Counted from the stretch's first letter, positions 19,360 to 27,484 are shown. The stretch: 32,000 bases of DNA from Candidatus Baldrarchaeum yapensis (GCA_016840465.1 JAEOSH010000013.1:1-32000), one strand, 5' to 3'. Translations and numbers: made by a program. The notes: generated from the letters alone by a model not told the origin.

Positions 19360-19391
19360 TTTATATCGAATTTTGTTCATATGCACAAAAT
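19360..19391 (+). promoter_or_regulatory. TATA box plus palindromic operator TTGTTCATATGCACAA (19373-19388)
   Basis: TTTATAT at 19360-19366. The 22-nt palindrome 19370-19391 pairs at 10 of 11 positions and lies between the TATA box and the GGAGGTGA SD. Confidence 0.7.
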
Positions 19392-19404
19392 GGAGGTGAT
19401 ACCC

Positions 19405-19710
19405 ATGTGGTGGGGTGGCGGTCGCGGACGCGGCGGGCACCGATGGAGGTGGATGTTCTACCTTACGGGGCTACCCGGATGGATGAGGTTCGGGTTCTCG
19501 CCCGGATGGGTTGGAAGATCACCGAACGGGCTGCCTCCCTACTTAGCGGGTCGGATGTTTGGATTTCCACAGGTACCATTCCAGCAAATGCAGATGCAGG
19601 GCCTTTCTAAGGAGCAGATGAGGGAGTTTCTCAAGCAACAGCGCGAGATTCTGCGCGCCCAGCTGAGGGAGATAGAGCGCAGGTTGAAGGAGTTGGAAGA
19701 GAGCGAGTGA
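19405..19710 (+). CDS. DUF5320-like protein (Gly/Arg-rich N-terminus, C-terminal coiled coil)
   Basis: Perfect GGAGGTGA SD; 'GGGRGRGGHRWRWMFYLTGLPGWMRFG' and 'EFLKQQREILRAQLREIERRLKELE'. Confidence 0.85.
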   Translation: MWWGGGRGRGGHRWRWMFYLTGLPGWMRFGFSPGWVGRSPNGLPPYLAGRMFGFPQVPFQQMQMQGLSKEQMREFLKQQREILRAQLREIERRLKELEESE

Positions 19711-19713
19711 TAG

Positions 19714-20109
19714 ATGAAGTACTACGTTTCTATTTGCAGTTTGGAGGACAGTGTTAGGAGGTTGCTCGCGCTAGGAGGCCACGTACGTTTCGTGAAGCTT
19801 GTCGAGTTTTCGAAATCTGCAAATCTTCCGCTATCCTCCGCTTTTCAGATTTTTAGGAAACTTCACGAGTTGGGACTCGCGAGGTACGTACCCCGGAAGG
19901 GTATAATGCTCACGGAGCACGGTATAAGGCTCGGGGTTTCGCTCCTCAAGAAACTTATCCTTACAAAAACGTTCCTAGTGTGTGCACTGGGGCTCGACGA
20001 GGAGGCCGCGGAGAGGGAGGCATGCACCTTAGAACATTATATAAATGAGCACGTCCTTACAAGGATAATAGAGTTCCTGAGGAACCACCATCTTCGGCAG
20101 ATTGCGTGA
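19714..20109 (+). CDS. DtxR/MntR-like metal-dependent transcriptional regulator (divergent)
   Basis: wHTH 'LPLSSAFQIFRKLHELGLARYVPRKGIMLTEHG' and dimerisation motif 'ALGLDEEAAEREACTLEHYI'. Confidence 0.8.
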   Translation: MKYYVSICSLEDSVRRLLALGGHVRFVKLVEFSKSANLPLSSAFQIFRKLHELGLARYVPRKGIMLTEHGIRLGVSLLKKLILTKTFLVCALGLDEEAAEREACTLEHYINEHVLTRIIEFLRNHHLRQIA

Positions 20110-20150
20110 CACGGATCATTTTAACGACAATTACAATGGGAGGTTTGCCG

Positions 20151-20576
20151 ATGCCGCAGCACAGGCACAGATGGGGATGGAGAAGACGCGGCGAAATGCC
20201 GGAGGCTAGGGGCCCAGGGAGACCTCCAAAGCCGAGAGTTATCACCGCGCTCCCCACTGTTGCAAAGTTCTCACCCACTCTTCAGGAGAACGTTCCGGTC
20301 CAGCCAAAACCGCCCATTTTCCTGTCATATGATGAGTACGAGGCCCTCAGGTTGATAGATTACGAGGGCTTGACTCAAGAGGAAGCGGGGGAGAGAATGG
20401 GCGTGTCCAGGGGGACAATATGGCGCCTTATAAAGAGCGCCCGCAAGAAGGTGTCCTCCGCGCTGATAGAAGGGCGAGAACTGGTGATCGTTCCACAGGC
20501 CCCCATAATCCTAGAGGAGAAGTGTGAGAAGGAGGAAGTGCGTGAAGAGGTGAAGGAAGAGATAATACGCGGCTAA
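20151..20576 (+). CDS. DUF134 predicted DNA-binding protein
   Basis: GGGAGG SD; 'GRPPKPRVI...LSYDEYEALRLIDYEGLTQEEAGERMGVSRGTIWRLIKSARKKVSSALIEG'. Confidence 0.92.
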   Translation: MPQHRHRWGWRRRGEMPEARGPGRPPKPRVITALPTVAKFSPTLQENVPVQPKPPIFLSYDEYEALRLIDYEGLTQEEAGERMGVSRGTIWRLIKSARKKVSSALIEGRELVIVPQAPIILEEKCEKEEVREEVKEEIIRG

Positions 20577-20581
20577 TAGCG

Positions 20582-21181
20582 TCATACGGATACTAAGGTT
20601 TTTAGTTCCTCGAGTGATCTTATTACCGGGGCTGAAACCTCCTCTTCCCGGCTCTCGCTCCTCCTGATTATGAACACCCGGCAACCAATCTCCCTTCCGG
20701 CTCTTGCGTCGTTCTCCCTGTCTCCGACGAATACCGCCTCCGAGGGCTCCACTTCCAGCATCTCGAGAACTCTTTGTAGCTGTACTTCTCTGAAAATAGA
20801 GTACTCGCGCGTGACGACGTTCTCCTCTCCGAAGAACTCTCCGAGTTGTGACATTGATAGGATTCTTCTGACGACCTTCCGCCCTTGAAGTGTAACGAGT
20901 GCAAGTTTTGCGCCTTTCCTGTCAAAATGCCTCAATACACCTATGGTATCGGGAAAGATCCTGACATTCTCCACCGCTCTCAACTCTTCCTCGTCCAATA
21001 TGCTTAAGACTCTCCTGTACATCTCAATGTTTCCCTCCCTCAAGAGTCCTACCAAGGTTCCGAAAATTGACGTTACATGCCGCCCCAACTCCTTCGAGAG
21101 GCGTATCTTCAGCAGGGAATAATTAACCGGCAACGCAAGCAACGTGCCGTCCATGTCGAAGATGAGTGCCTTCACTTTCAC
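20582..21181 (-). CDS. HAD family hydrolase (phosphatase-like)
   Basis: Motif I 'IFDMDGTL', motif II 'LVTL', motif IV 'FVGDRENDARAG'. Start is one of the GTGs at 21187/21181/21175 behind GGAGAGG. Confidence 0.9.
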   Translation of the reverse strand: MKVKALIFDMDGTLLALPVNYSLLKIRLSKELGRHVTSIFGTLVGLLREGNIEMYRRVLSILDEEELRAVENVRIFPDTIGVLRHFDRKGAKLALVTLQGRKVVRRILSMSQLGEFFGEENVVTREYSIFREVQLQRVLEMLEVEPSEAVFVGDRENDARAGREIGCRVFIIRRSESREEEVSAPVIRSLEELKTLVSV

Positions 21182-21390
21182 TTCCACTTCCTCTCCTTTC
21201 CGAATGTTCAGGTTAAAGATGAGGACGAAATTATAAAATTTAGTGGGCAACCGCGAAGGCAAGGGTGTTTATAAAATTTGTTCGGAGAAAATAGAAATGA
21301 GATGTACAATGGGATTTTTGAAAGTGAAAGCACTTATATGGAACACATTTAAACTGGGATCGCGTCTTAGAGTTCGGTGCGGTGCGTACA

Positions 21391-22176
21391 ATGAGGACCT
21401 TTTATCGCCATGTGCTTAACATAATAGGCATACTGACCGTCGTATGGGTACTGTTGTTCCTGATAGTGCTGATACCCGTAAAGATTCTTGTCGTACCAAT
21501 ATCTGTTCCGAGAGACGTGCCCCATGCGGCATTGATCGAAGCTCTGCTCCAGTTAGCGCTCACCGGAGTTTTCGGGATAATATGGCTCGTAATATGGTAC
21601 TTCCTCATAAGGTGGTACTTCAACTACTCTCTCAGAAAACAGTACGGGAATATGCGGTCTCAAACCACCAACGGGGGTTCGGCGCAGAACTACAGCGAAA
21701 TAGTATACAGACCCATCGGGATCATCCACACCCCCTTCAAGGAACCGCGTGGGGTTCCGATACAGCCAAAGTATGCTAAGGGCATCAGGGGGACAGTTGA
21801 AGTATTCCCCGAATATGCGGAGGGCCTCCAAGACATTGAGGGCTTTTCCCACATAATTCTGATCTACCACTTCCACCTTGCGAAGAGGAAATCCCTTAAG
21901 GTAGTTCCGTTTCTTGATACAAAGCCACGTGGGATATTTGCGACGCGCGCACCTAGACGTCCTAACCCTATTGGAGTATCCGTAGTACGCCTTCTCAAGG
22001 TCGAGGGCAATATTCTCCATGTGGAAAACGTCGATATAGTGGACGGAACACCACTCCTCGATATAAAACCGTATGTCCCTGAATTTGACGCGGCGGAGAA
22101 TGTGAGGATAGGATGGCTGGAGGAAAGAGTGAAGCGTGGACGCCTCGCGAGAGACGACGGTAGGTTCATGAGGTGA
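21391..22176 (+). CDS. tsaA: TrmO/TsaA (YaeB/AF0241-like SAM-binding) domain fused to an N-terminal two-TM domain
   Basis: C-terminal part 'YRPIGIIHTPF...EGLQDIEGFSHIILIYHFH...GIFATRAPRRPNPIGVS...DIVDGTPLLDIKPY'; the first ~85 aa form two hydrophobic helices in the same frame with no stop. Confidence 0.85.
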   Translation: MRTFYRHVLNIIGILTVVWVLLFLIVLIPVKILVVPISVPRDVPHAALIEALLQLALTGVFGIIWLVIWYFLIRWYFNYSLRKQYGNMRSQTTNGGSAQNYSEIVYRPIGIIHTPFKEPRGVPIQPKYAKGIRGTVEVFPEYAEGLQDIEGFSHIILIYHFHLAKRKSLKVVPFLDTKPRGIFATRAPRRPNPIGVSVVRLLKVEGNILHVENVDIVDGTPLLDIKPYVPEFDAAENVRIGWLEERVKRGRLARDDGRFMR

Positions 22177-22341
22177 CGATAATAAACGATAGTGTGGTAC
22201 ATTTTAGGGGTATTTACCTAGTTCTGGCAGATTTGCAGATTATCGAGCGGATGTCTTTTGCATCGATGTAATAGGGGGATGCCATACGCTCCGGTCGCGA
22301 AAACATCGGTGGTATGCCGTCACCGTCCCGATCAGATACTC

Positions 22342-22366
22342 TTTTAAAATTGTGCATAGACACAAT
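22342..22366 (+). promoter_or_regulatory. TATA box plus second copy of the palindromic operator, TTGTGCATAGACACAA (22350-22365)
   Basis: TTTTAAAA at 22342-22349 is immediately followed by a 16-mer matching the 19373 site at 13 of 16 positions; GGGAGGTG SD downstream. Confidence 0.65.
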
Positions 22367-22389
22367 ATCGTGCACGGGAGGTGCTACTA

Positions 22390-22803
22390 ATGCCACGGAT
22401 ACTAATACCCACGGAGGCACCCGGCGGTCTTGATGCTCCGGTTTCTCAGCACTTTGGCAGAGCGGAAACTTTTACAATCGTGGATGTGGAAGATGGAAAA
22501 ATAGTGCATGTTGAGGTTGTGGATAACAGGGGAATGCACTTCGGCGGAGGCGGACGTGCCGTACAGGTGGCACTTTCAGTGGGCGCCGATATCGTCATAA
22601 GCAGGGGGCTCGGAATCCGCGCCCTCTTCTTTCTGAAGAACATGGGGATAACAGTATTAACCGGAAACTTCAATACGGTTAGGGAGGCAATCTCCGCCTA
22701 CCTCAGGGGTGACCTCAGGTCCATGGAGGAAGAAGATGTCTGTATGGGTGGCCATCACCGGTCAGGTTTTTGTGATAGAGGATTCCCTCCGTTTCCATAT
22801 TAA
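22390..22803 (+). CDS. NifB/NifX family (Di-Nase) metal-cluster-binding protein
   Basis: 'VSQHFGRAETFTIVDV', 'GADIVISRGLGIRA', 'GNFNTVREAISAYLRG'; Cys/His tail 'CMGGHHRSGFC'. Confidence 0.92.
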   Translation: MPRILIPTEAPGGLDAPVSQHFGRAETFTIVDVEDGKIVHVEVVDNRGMHFGGGGRAVQVALSVGADIVISRGLGIRALFFLKNMGITVLTGNFNTVREAISAYLRGDLRSMEEEDVCMGGHHRSGFCDRGFPPFPY

Positions 22804-22818
22804 AAGTCGAAGGGGGTT

Positions 22819-23718
22819 GTGAAAACGGCGGAGAAACCGAATAAGGAACAGGTTGGGAGCGCCGCGCCGGAAAAAGCGCATCCTAAGATAAAGTACGTTA
22901 AGGGGCGAATTATCGTCGAGAATGAGAAAATAATGAAGAACATGGAGAGGATAAAGCACCCCATTGCGATAATGTCCGGAAAGGGCGGGGTCGGGAAGAC
23001 CACGGTCGCCGTGAATCTCGCAATAGCGCTTGCGTGGAGGGGTTATGTTACTGGAATTCTGGATGCCGATATTCACGGGCCCGATGTTCCAAAGATGATG
23101 GGGCTCGAGGGACAGAGACCGGTCGCGGTTCCGAACGGAATACTCCCAGTTTTCGGGCCACTTAACATAAAGGTAATGTCCATGGAGTTCCTCCTGGAAA
23201 AGCCCGACGTGCCAATAATATGGCGTGGACCACTGAAGATGCGCGCAATCGAGCAGTTCCTATCCGATGTTATCTGGGGCGACTTGGATTTCCTAATAAT
23301 AGACCTGCCGCCGGGAACCGGTGACGAACCCCTTTCTATAATGCAACTCATACCTAACCTCGAGGGCGTGATCATAGTGACCACCCCTCAGGAGGTCGCC
23401 CTCCTCGACGTGAGCAAGGCGATAATGATGGCAAAGCGCCTGAACGTCCGAGTGCTGGGTGTCATAGAGAACATGGCCGGTTTCGTGTGCCCTCATTGTG
23501 GAAAGAAGACTAACATATTCGGTTACGGTGGGGGAGAAAATGCAGCAAAGGAGTACAACATACCGTTCCTCGGAAGACTGCCCTTAGATCCACGGATAAT
23601 GTCGGTATCGGATAGGGGGCGCCCGTTCATAATAGAGAACCCGGATAGTGAGGCCTCGAAGGCGTTCATGGAGATTGTTAAGAACATAGAAAAAGAAGTG
23701 GGCGAACTATCGCAGTGA
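22819..23718 (+). CDS. apbC: Mrp/NBP35/ApbC Fe-S cluster carrier ATPase
   Basis: Deviant Walker [11 protein letters not shown], '[11 protein letters not shown]', 'IIWRGP', 'DLPPGTGD', 'VTTPQEVA', '[12 protein letters not shown]'. Confidence 0.96.
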   Translation: MKTAEKPNKEQVGSAAPEKAHPKIKYVKGRIIVENEKIMKNMERIKHPIAIMSGKGGVGKTTVAVNLAIALAWRGYVTGILDADIHGPDVPKMMGLEGQRPVAVPNGILPVFGPLNIKVMSMEFLLEKPDVPIIWRGPLKMRAIEQFLSDVIWGDLDFLIIDLPPGTGDEPLSIMQLIPNLEGVIIVTTPQEVALLDVSKAIMMAKRLNVRVLGVIENMAGFVCPHCGKKTNIFGYGGGENAAKEYNIPFLGRLPLDPRIMSVSDRGRPFIIENPDSEASKAFMEIVKNIEKEVGELSQ

Positions 23719-24111
23719 TTTCTCGTATAGATGGGTAACATAACACTCATTTTTACTCTTTATGAAGTTCCGTGTACTTGCCAATTTTTGTTTTACAGGT
23801 GCCCTTCCTGACATCCGGAGATTATTTCGGAAAAATGATTTAAAATTTGTAATTCCCAAAATGATTCTCCTTGAGTCATCTGCCTTATTTTCTAATTTTT
23901 CTAAACAGAGCATAGTCCCTTTCTTAATGCACTCTTTCATATTATCTGTTAATTGCCGTAACGAGGTTCCACATGACACCTTTTAGCTTAGTGAGACGGC
24001 ATCGTCAGGAATTCGATGAAGCGTGTTGCTTTGGTCAGGTTTACTGGGCCTTACATTTTAAAGCCTTAAGACGATCTTGCATATTGCATGCAAATGTCCT
24101 AAGACGTATGA

Positions 24112-24773
24112 ATGCATTGTACGCTGGCGATAAGACGAGAGGGAGAGAATAAGGGAATCAGAATTGAAGTCAATGACCTGAAAAAGGTCGCAATTTTTAC
24201 CTTCGTCAGTATCTGTATTGATATCAGCATCACTTTTTGTCTCTGGATAATGTTCGATAACGAAATGGTTCTCCTGACCCTACTCCTAATGGTGGTATTC
24301 GCGCTCACAGACCCTCCACTGTTGTACGTCTCACGTCGGCCGGAATCGACGAGAGGATTTTTAAGATCTTATCTGTACTCTCCTAGATATCGCCGAAGCA
24401 GTGGGCGTTTAGTAAATGGATGGGAGGACTCGCTGTAGCGAGAACAAGGGACGGGACATTCTATGTGATTTATACGTTTTATGTACTGCGGGTGGCGTGC
24501 GTACGCGGGGTTATCGTGGATAGAGGACGATTATCTTTCTCCAAATTTAAAAGACTCTAGTACTTAAGAACTATGGAAGCGCCGCTCCGGGGATATGAAA
24601 AGTACGGAAACATAAAGGTTCATAGATCAAGAGGTACGTTTTTCATCCCTTCACTCGAACATACGGGCGAACTTTACGAGATTTCGGGTTCTAGGACATT
24701 AATACTGGCTGGAGAGATCGACCCGCGAGAAATTGTTGAAAACCTCAAAGCATTGTGCTTAGAGTTTTACTAA
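24112..24773 (+). pseudogene. Possible degraded membrane protein with a bacterial-PH-like domain
   Basis: Two TM-like segments at 24180-24320, then a frame from 24420 interrupted by TAG at 24558 (...RGVIVDRGRLSFSKFKRL*YLRTMEAPLRGYEKYGNIKV...). Family assignment is weak. Confidence 0.3.
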
Positions 24774-24930
24774 GAGCTCCAAATAGACGCCTTTCAATAG
24801 AATAATTAATATTTTAATGTTCGTAACCTCCCCTTTACCTCCAATATACGTTATTTTTAGTCTCCGGCAACCAGCAAGAGTCATTTTTACACGGTCCGTT
24901 CATTAGACTCCCGCTATAGGCAAATTGAAA

Positions 24931-24982
24931 TATTACAGCAATTGTATTACACTTAAGTGAATATCATATGTGTAATCACAAT
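24931..24982 (+). promoter_or_regulatory. Putative RHH autoregulatory operator repeats
   Basis: TATTACA at 24931-24937 and 24945-24951; ATTGTATTACAC (24941-24952) is inverted relative to GTGTAATCACAAT (24970-24982), with a one-base difference. Confidence 0.5.
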
Positions 24983-25169
24983 CAGGATAGATGACGAACT
25001 CATCAAGGAATTGGAGGCGATAAAGGAGAGATACAAGTTCAAGTCGCTCAGCGAGGTGGTGAGGAAGGCAATAAAGGAATTCGTTCTGAGCAGAACGCTA
25101 CCATGGAGTAGCCGCGAGGAAGTCTACCGCTACTTCCGCGAGAAAAGGAAGGCTGTGCAGGGGGTCTGA
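24957..25169 (+). CDS. vapB: Ribbon-helix-helix (CopG family) protein, putative VapB antitoxin
   Basis: 'VITIRIDDELIKELEAIKERYKFKSLSEVVRKAIKEFV'; probably a leaderless GTG start ~25 nt downstream of AAATATTA. Confidence 0.85.
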   Translation: MNIICVITIRIDDELIKELEAIKERYKFKSLSEVVRKAIKEFVLSRTLPWSSREEVYRYFREKRKAVQGV

Positions 25170-25238
25170 AACAGTTTTCGGTTTAAGTAATTTTCAGGCA
25201 TTTTCGTAAAAGTTTAAATGGTATCGCTCCATTATTCG

Positions 25239-25395
25239 GTCAGGTCGAGGCCGATGAAAAGGACGAGGTTGATGAGTACGGGTGGGTTCCGCTTCGCCGA
25301 ACCAGTCCGGTGAGCGTGCGAGCGACCGGGAGCCGTGATGGCCCACTTGGTGGCTGAAAATTACTTTAAATTGCTGAATGCTACCAAGTGGGAGA
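25239..25395 (+). ncRNA. Candidate structured small RNA or leader between antitoxin and toxin
   Basis: BRE/TATA (CGTAAAAG-TTTAAAT, 25205-25219) precedes a GC-rich stretch (hand count 71/110 G+C at 25241-25350 versus 23/70 just upstream). Stems: GGTTC/GAACC, CCGGT/ACCGG and a 13-bp stem 25342-25354/25380-25392. Confidence 0.4.
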
Positions 25396-25431
25396 ACGGT
25401 TAGAGGACCTGCATGAGGAGGAAGATACGCT

Positions 25432-25912
25432 GTGATATATTTGGAGGCGTCGGCTCTCTGGACAATGTACTACGGCGAGCCCGGCGGGGATAACGTGATA
25501 TGGCTCCTTAAGAACTACAAGTGCTACACCGCGGAGTGGATGGTTCTGGAGTTGTGCAGAGCGGTTGCAAAGAAGTACAACCAGGGAGAAATAAATGATA
25601 AGGAGGCGCGCTCCCTCGAGATGTTCATACTGGCGGATATTGAGAGGCTGAAAAGGGAGGGGAGGCTGGAGTTAATAAGGATAACTTGGCCCCTGGATAA
25701 GGAAGGCATACCACCTCATTCTTCCACTCAACCTCTATGCATCCGATGCACTACACTTGGCGGCGCTTCACTCCGGCGCAAAGGTCATGCTGGTCGATGA
25801 CTTCCATTTTACGAGAATGGAGGATAAAGTTAAAGGTATACGCATAGTACTCATCACGGAGAAGAAAGATAACATTATAAAGGTAATTCACGACTCAAAA
25901 AACAGCGATTAG
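25432..25912 (+). pseudogene. vapC: PIN-domain VapC toxin with a +1 frameshift near 25696
   Basis: GAGGAGG SD and 'MIYLEASAL...LELCRAVAKK'. After ITWPL the PIN motifs continue in the +1 frame (IRKAYHLILPLNLYASDALHLAALHSGAKVMLVDDFHF...) to TAG at 25910-25912. Confidence 0.85.
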
Positions 25913-26021
25913 ACACTCATGGTTGTTCTTCTATAAATTCGCCACATGCATCCAAGAATCCCTCGTTCTTATATGGCTATGGTGCAATATTTTGTTATGA
26001 GAATATCCTCGGGTGTATTCC

Positions 26022-27281
26022 ATGAAGAAAGTATTACTGCCACAGTGCGCATGGTTTGGAGACTTTGAAATGGAAATATCGTTTCCCGACGAGTGGGAGG
26101 TCAGCGTAAGGACTATGCAAGGGCATGGTAAAAGCTCGATAAGCGAGGAACAAATAAGGCATGCTTTGAGGAACCCTATAGGAACGATGCCCCTCAGCAA
26201 GCTTGCCGAGGGGAAGAAGGACGTTGTAATAATATTCGATGATTTGACGCGCCCAACAAGGGTGTACGAGATAGTGCCGCATATAATTGAGGAACTGAGA
26301 AAAGCGGGAATAAAGGACGAGAATATACGGTTCATATGTGCAAACGGGGCCCACGGGACGTACACCAGAGCCGATTTTACCAAGAAATTGGGAGAGAACT
26401 TCGTTGAGAACTTCGCGGTTTTCAACCATAACCCCTACGCAAACTTGGTCTACGTGGGGGACACAAGCTATGGAACACCAGTAGAGATAAACGCGGAGGT
26501 CATGGCGTGCGATTTGAAGATCGCCGTAGGATGCATAGTTCCTCACCCCTACTTCGGATACGGCGGAGGAGCAAAGATTGTACTTCCCGGCGTCGCGGGT
26601 ATGCGATCCATTTGCTTCAACCACGGGGACCTTGGAGGATACTCCACCGCAATGAACCATAGGAGGGTTCACCCTTCGTGCGATATGGCCTACGGGAGGG
26701 TAAATGAAGAAAACATACTTAGACGTGATGCAGAAGAGGCGGCAAAACTGGCGGGACTCGACTTTATAGTAAATGTGCTCGTGGATCTGCGAAGAAACTC
26801 CACAGACATATTTGCTGGGCACTTCATCGATGCCCAGAGAAGAGGTGTGGAAGTAGCAAAGGACCACTATCGGACACCAATACTGCCCAACGCGGACATC
26901 GTCATTTCAAATGCGTACTCCAAGGGAAGCGAGGCGGCAATAGCAGCGTGGCCGGTGATAACCCTGAAAGAGGGCGGGGACATGGTGATAATAGTGAATT
27001 CCCCAACGGGGCAGGTCCCACACTTCGTTCACGGAAGATGGGGGCTCAAGAGGAGAGGTGGGGACCTCTACCTTCCACCCCTGAGACTTCTGGAGAGAGC
27101 GGGAAGGATCATCCTATTCACACAGTACCCCGAAAAGCAGCCGCCCCTTGAGATCACGATCCCGGAGAAGACGATCACCCTTAAAAGTTGGGACGAGGTT
27201 CTGGAGGAACTCAAGAACAGACATAAAGGCCGAGTGAGAGTTGCAGTGTACCCGGATGCGACGATACAGAAGCCTTTCTAA
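26022..27281 (+). CDS. larA: LarA-family nickel-pincer-dependent racemase/epimerase
   Basis: 'ALRNPIG', 'DDLTRPT', 'ANGAHG', 'PHPYFGYGGGAKIVLPG', 'CFNH'; NPN-binding His/Lys positions appear to be retained. Confidence 0.88.
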   Translation: MKKVLLPQCAWFGDFEMEISFPDEWEVSVRTMQGHGKSSISEEQIRHALRNPIGTMPLSKLAEGKKDVVIIFDDLTRPTRVYEIVPHIIEELRKAGIKDENIRFICANGAHGTYTRADFTKKLGENFVENFAVFNHNPYANLVYVGDTSYGTPVEINAEVMACDLKIAVGCIVPHPYFGYGGGAKIVLPGVAGMRSICFNHGDLGGYSTAMNHRRVHPSCDMAYGRVNEENILRRDAEEAAKLAGLDFIVNVLVDLRRNSTDIFAGHFIDAQRRGVEVAKDHYRTPILPNADIVISNAYSKGSEAAIAAWPVITLKEGGDMVIIVNSPTGQVPHFVHGRWGLKRRGGDLYLPPLRLLERAGRIILFTQYPEKQPPLEITIPEKTITLKSWDEVLEELKNRHKGRVRVAVYPDATIQKPF

Positions 27282-27345
27282 CTTACCGCCATTTCTTTAA
27301 TCACCCGCCCTCCGTCACTCTCGCAGATGGCGCATGTTGCGAAGA

Positions 27346-27359
27346 TCACATATATGTGA
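27346..27359. promoter_or_regulatory. Perfect 14-bp palindrome TCACATATATGTGA upstream of the glutamate-synthase-like operon
   Basis: Perfect inverted repeat in the larA-glxB intergenic region, ~125 nt before the ATG. Confidence 0.4.
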
Positions 27360-27484
27360 CGAGAAATTCTTAGACGGTTCTTTTTGACCATAAAACTTTT
27401 TTCTGGAGTGGAGACTATCTTGGTATTAGCATGTCCGAAAATCGATCGACAAATTTCTCGATATCGGATAAGTAAGGTGTTCAT

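Noticed and set aside
23707-23986. Overlapping 74-90 aa ORFs on both strands
   Set aside because: No SD, motif or coding-like composition; treated as AT-rich intergenic or decayed DNA.
24558-24560. In-frame TAG as possible pyrrolysine readthrough
   Set aside because: The surrounding region has further stops and frame breaks, and no pyl genes are visible; decay is simpler.
25152-25434. GCTGTG at both ends of the vapB-vapC spacer as a target-site duplication
   Set aside because: No terminal inverted repeats, and precise excision would fuse RHH and PIN in frame, which is not the usual ancestral state; a 6-mer match is expected by chance.
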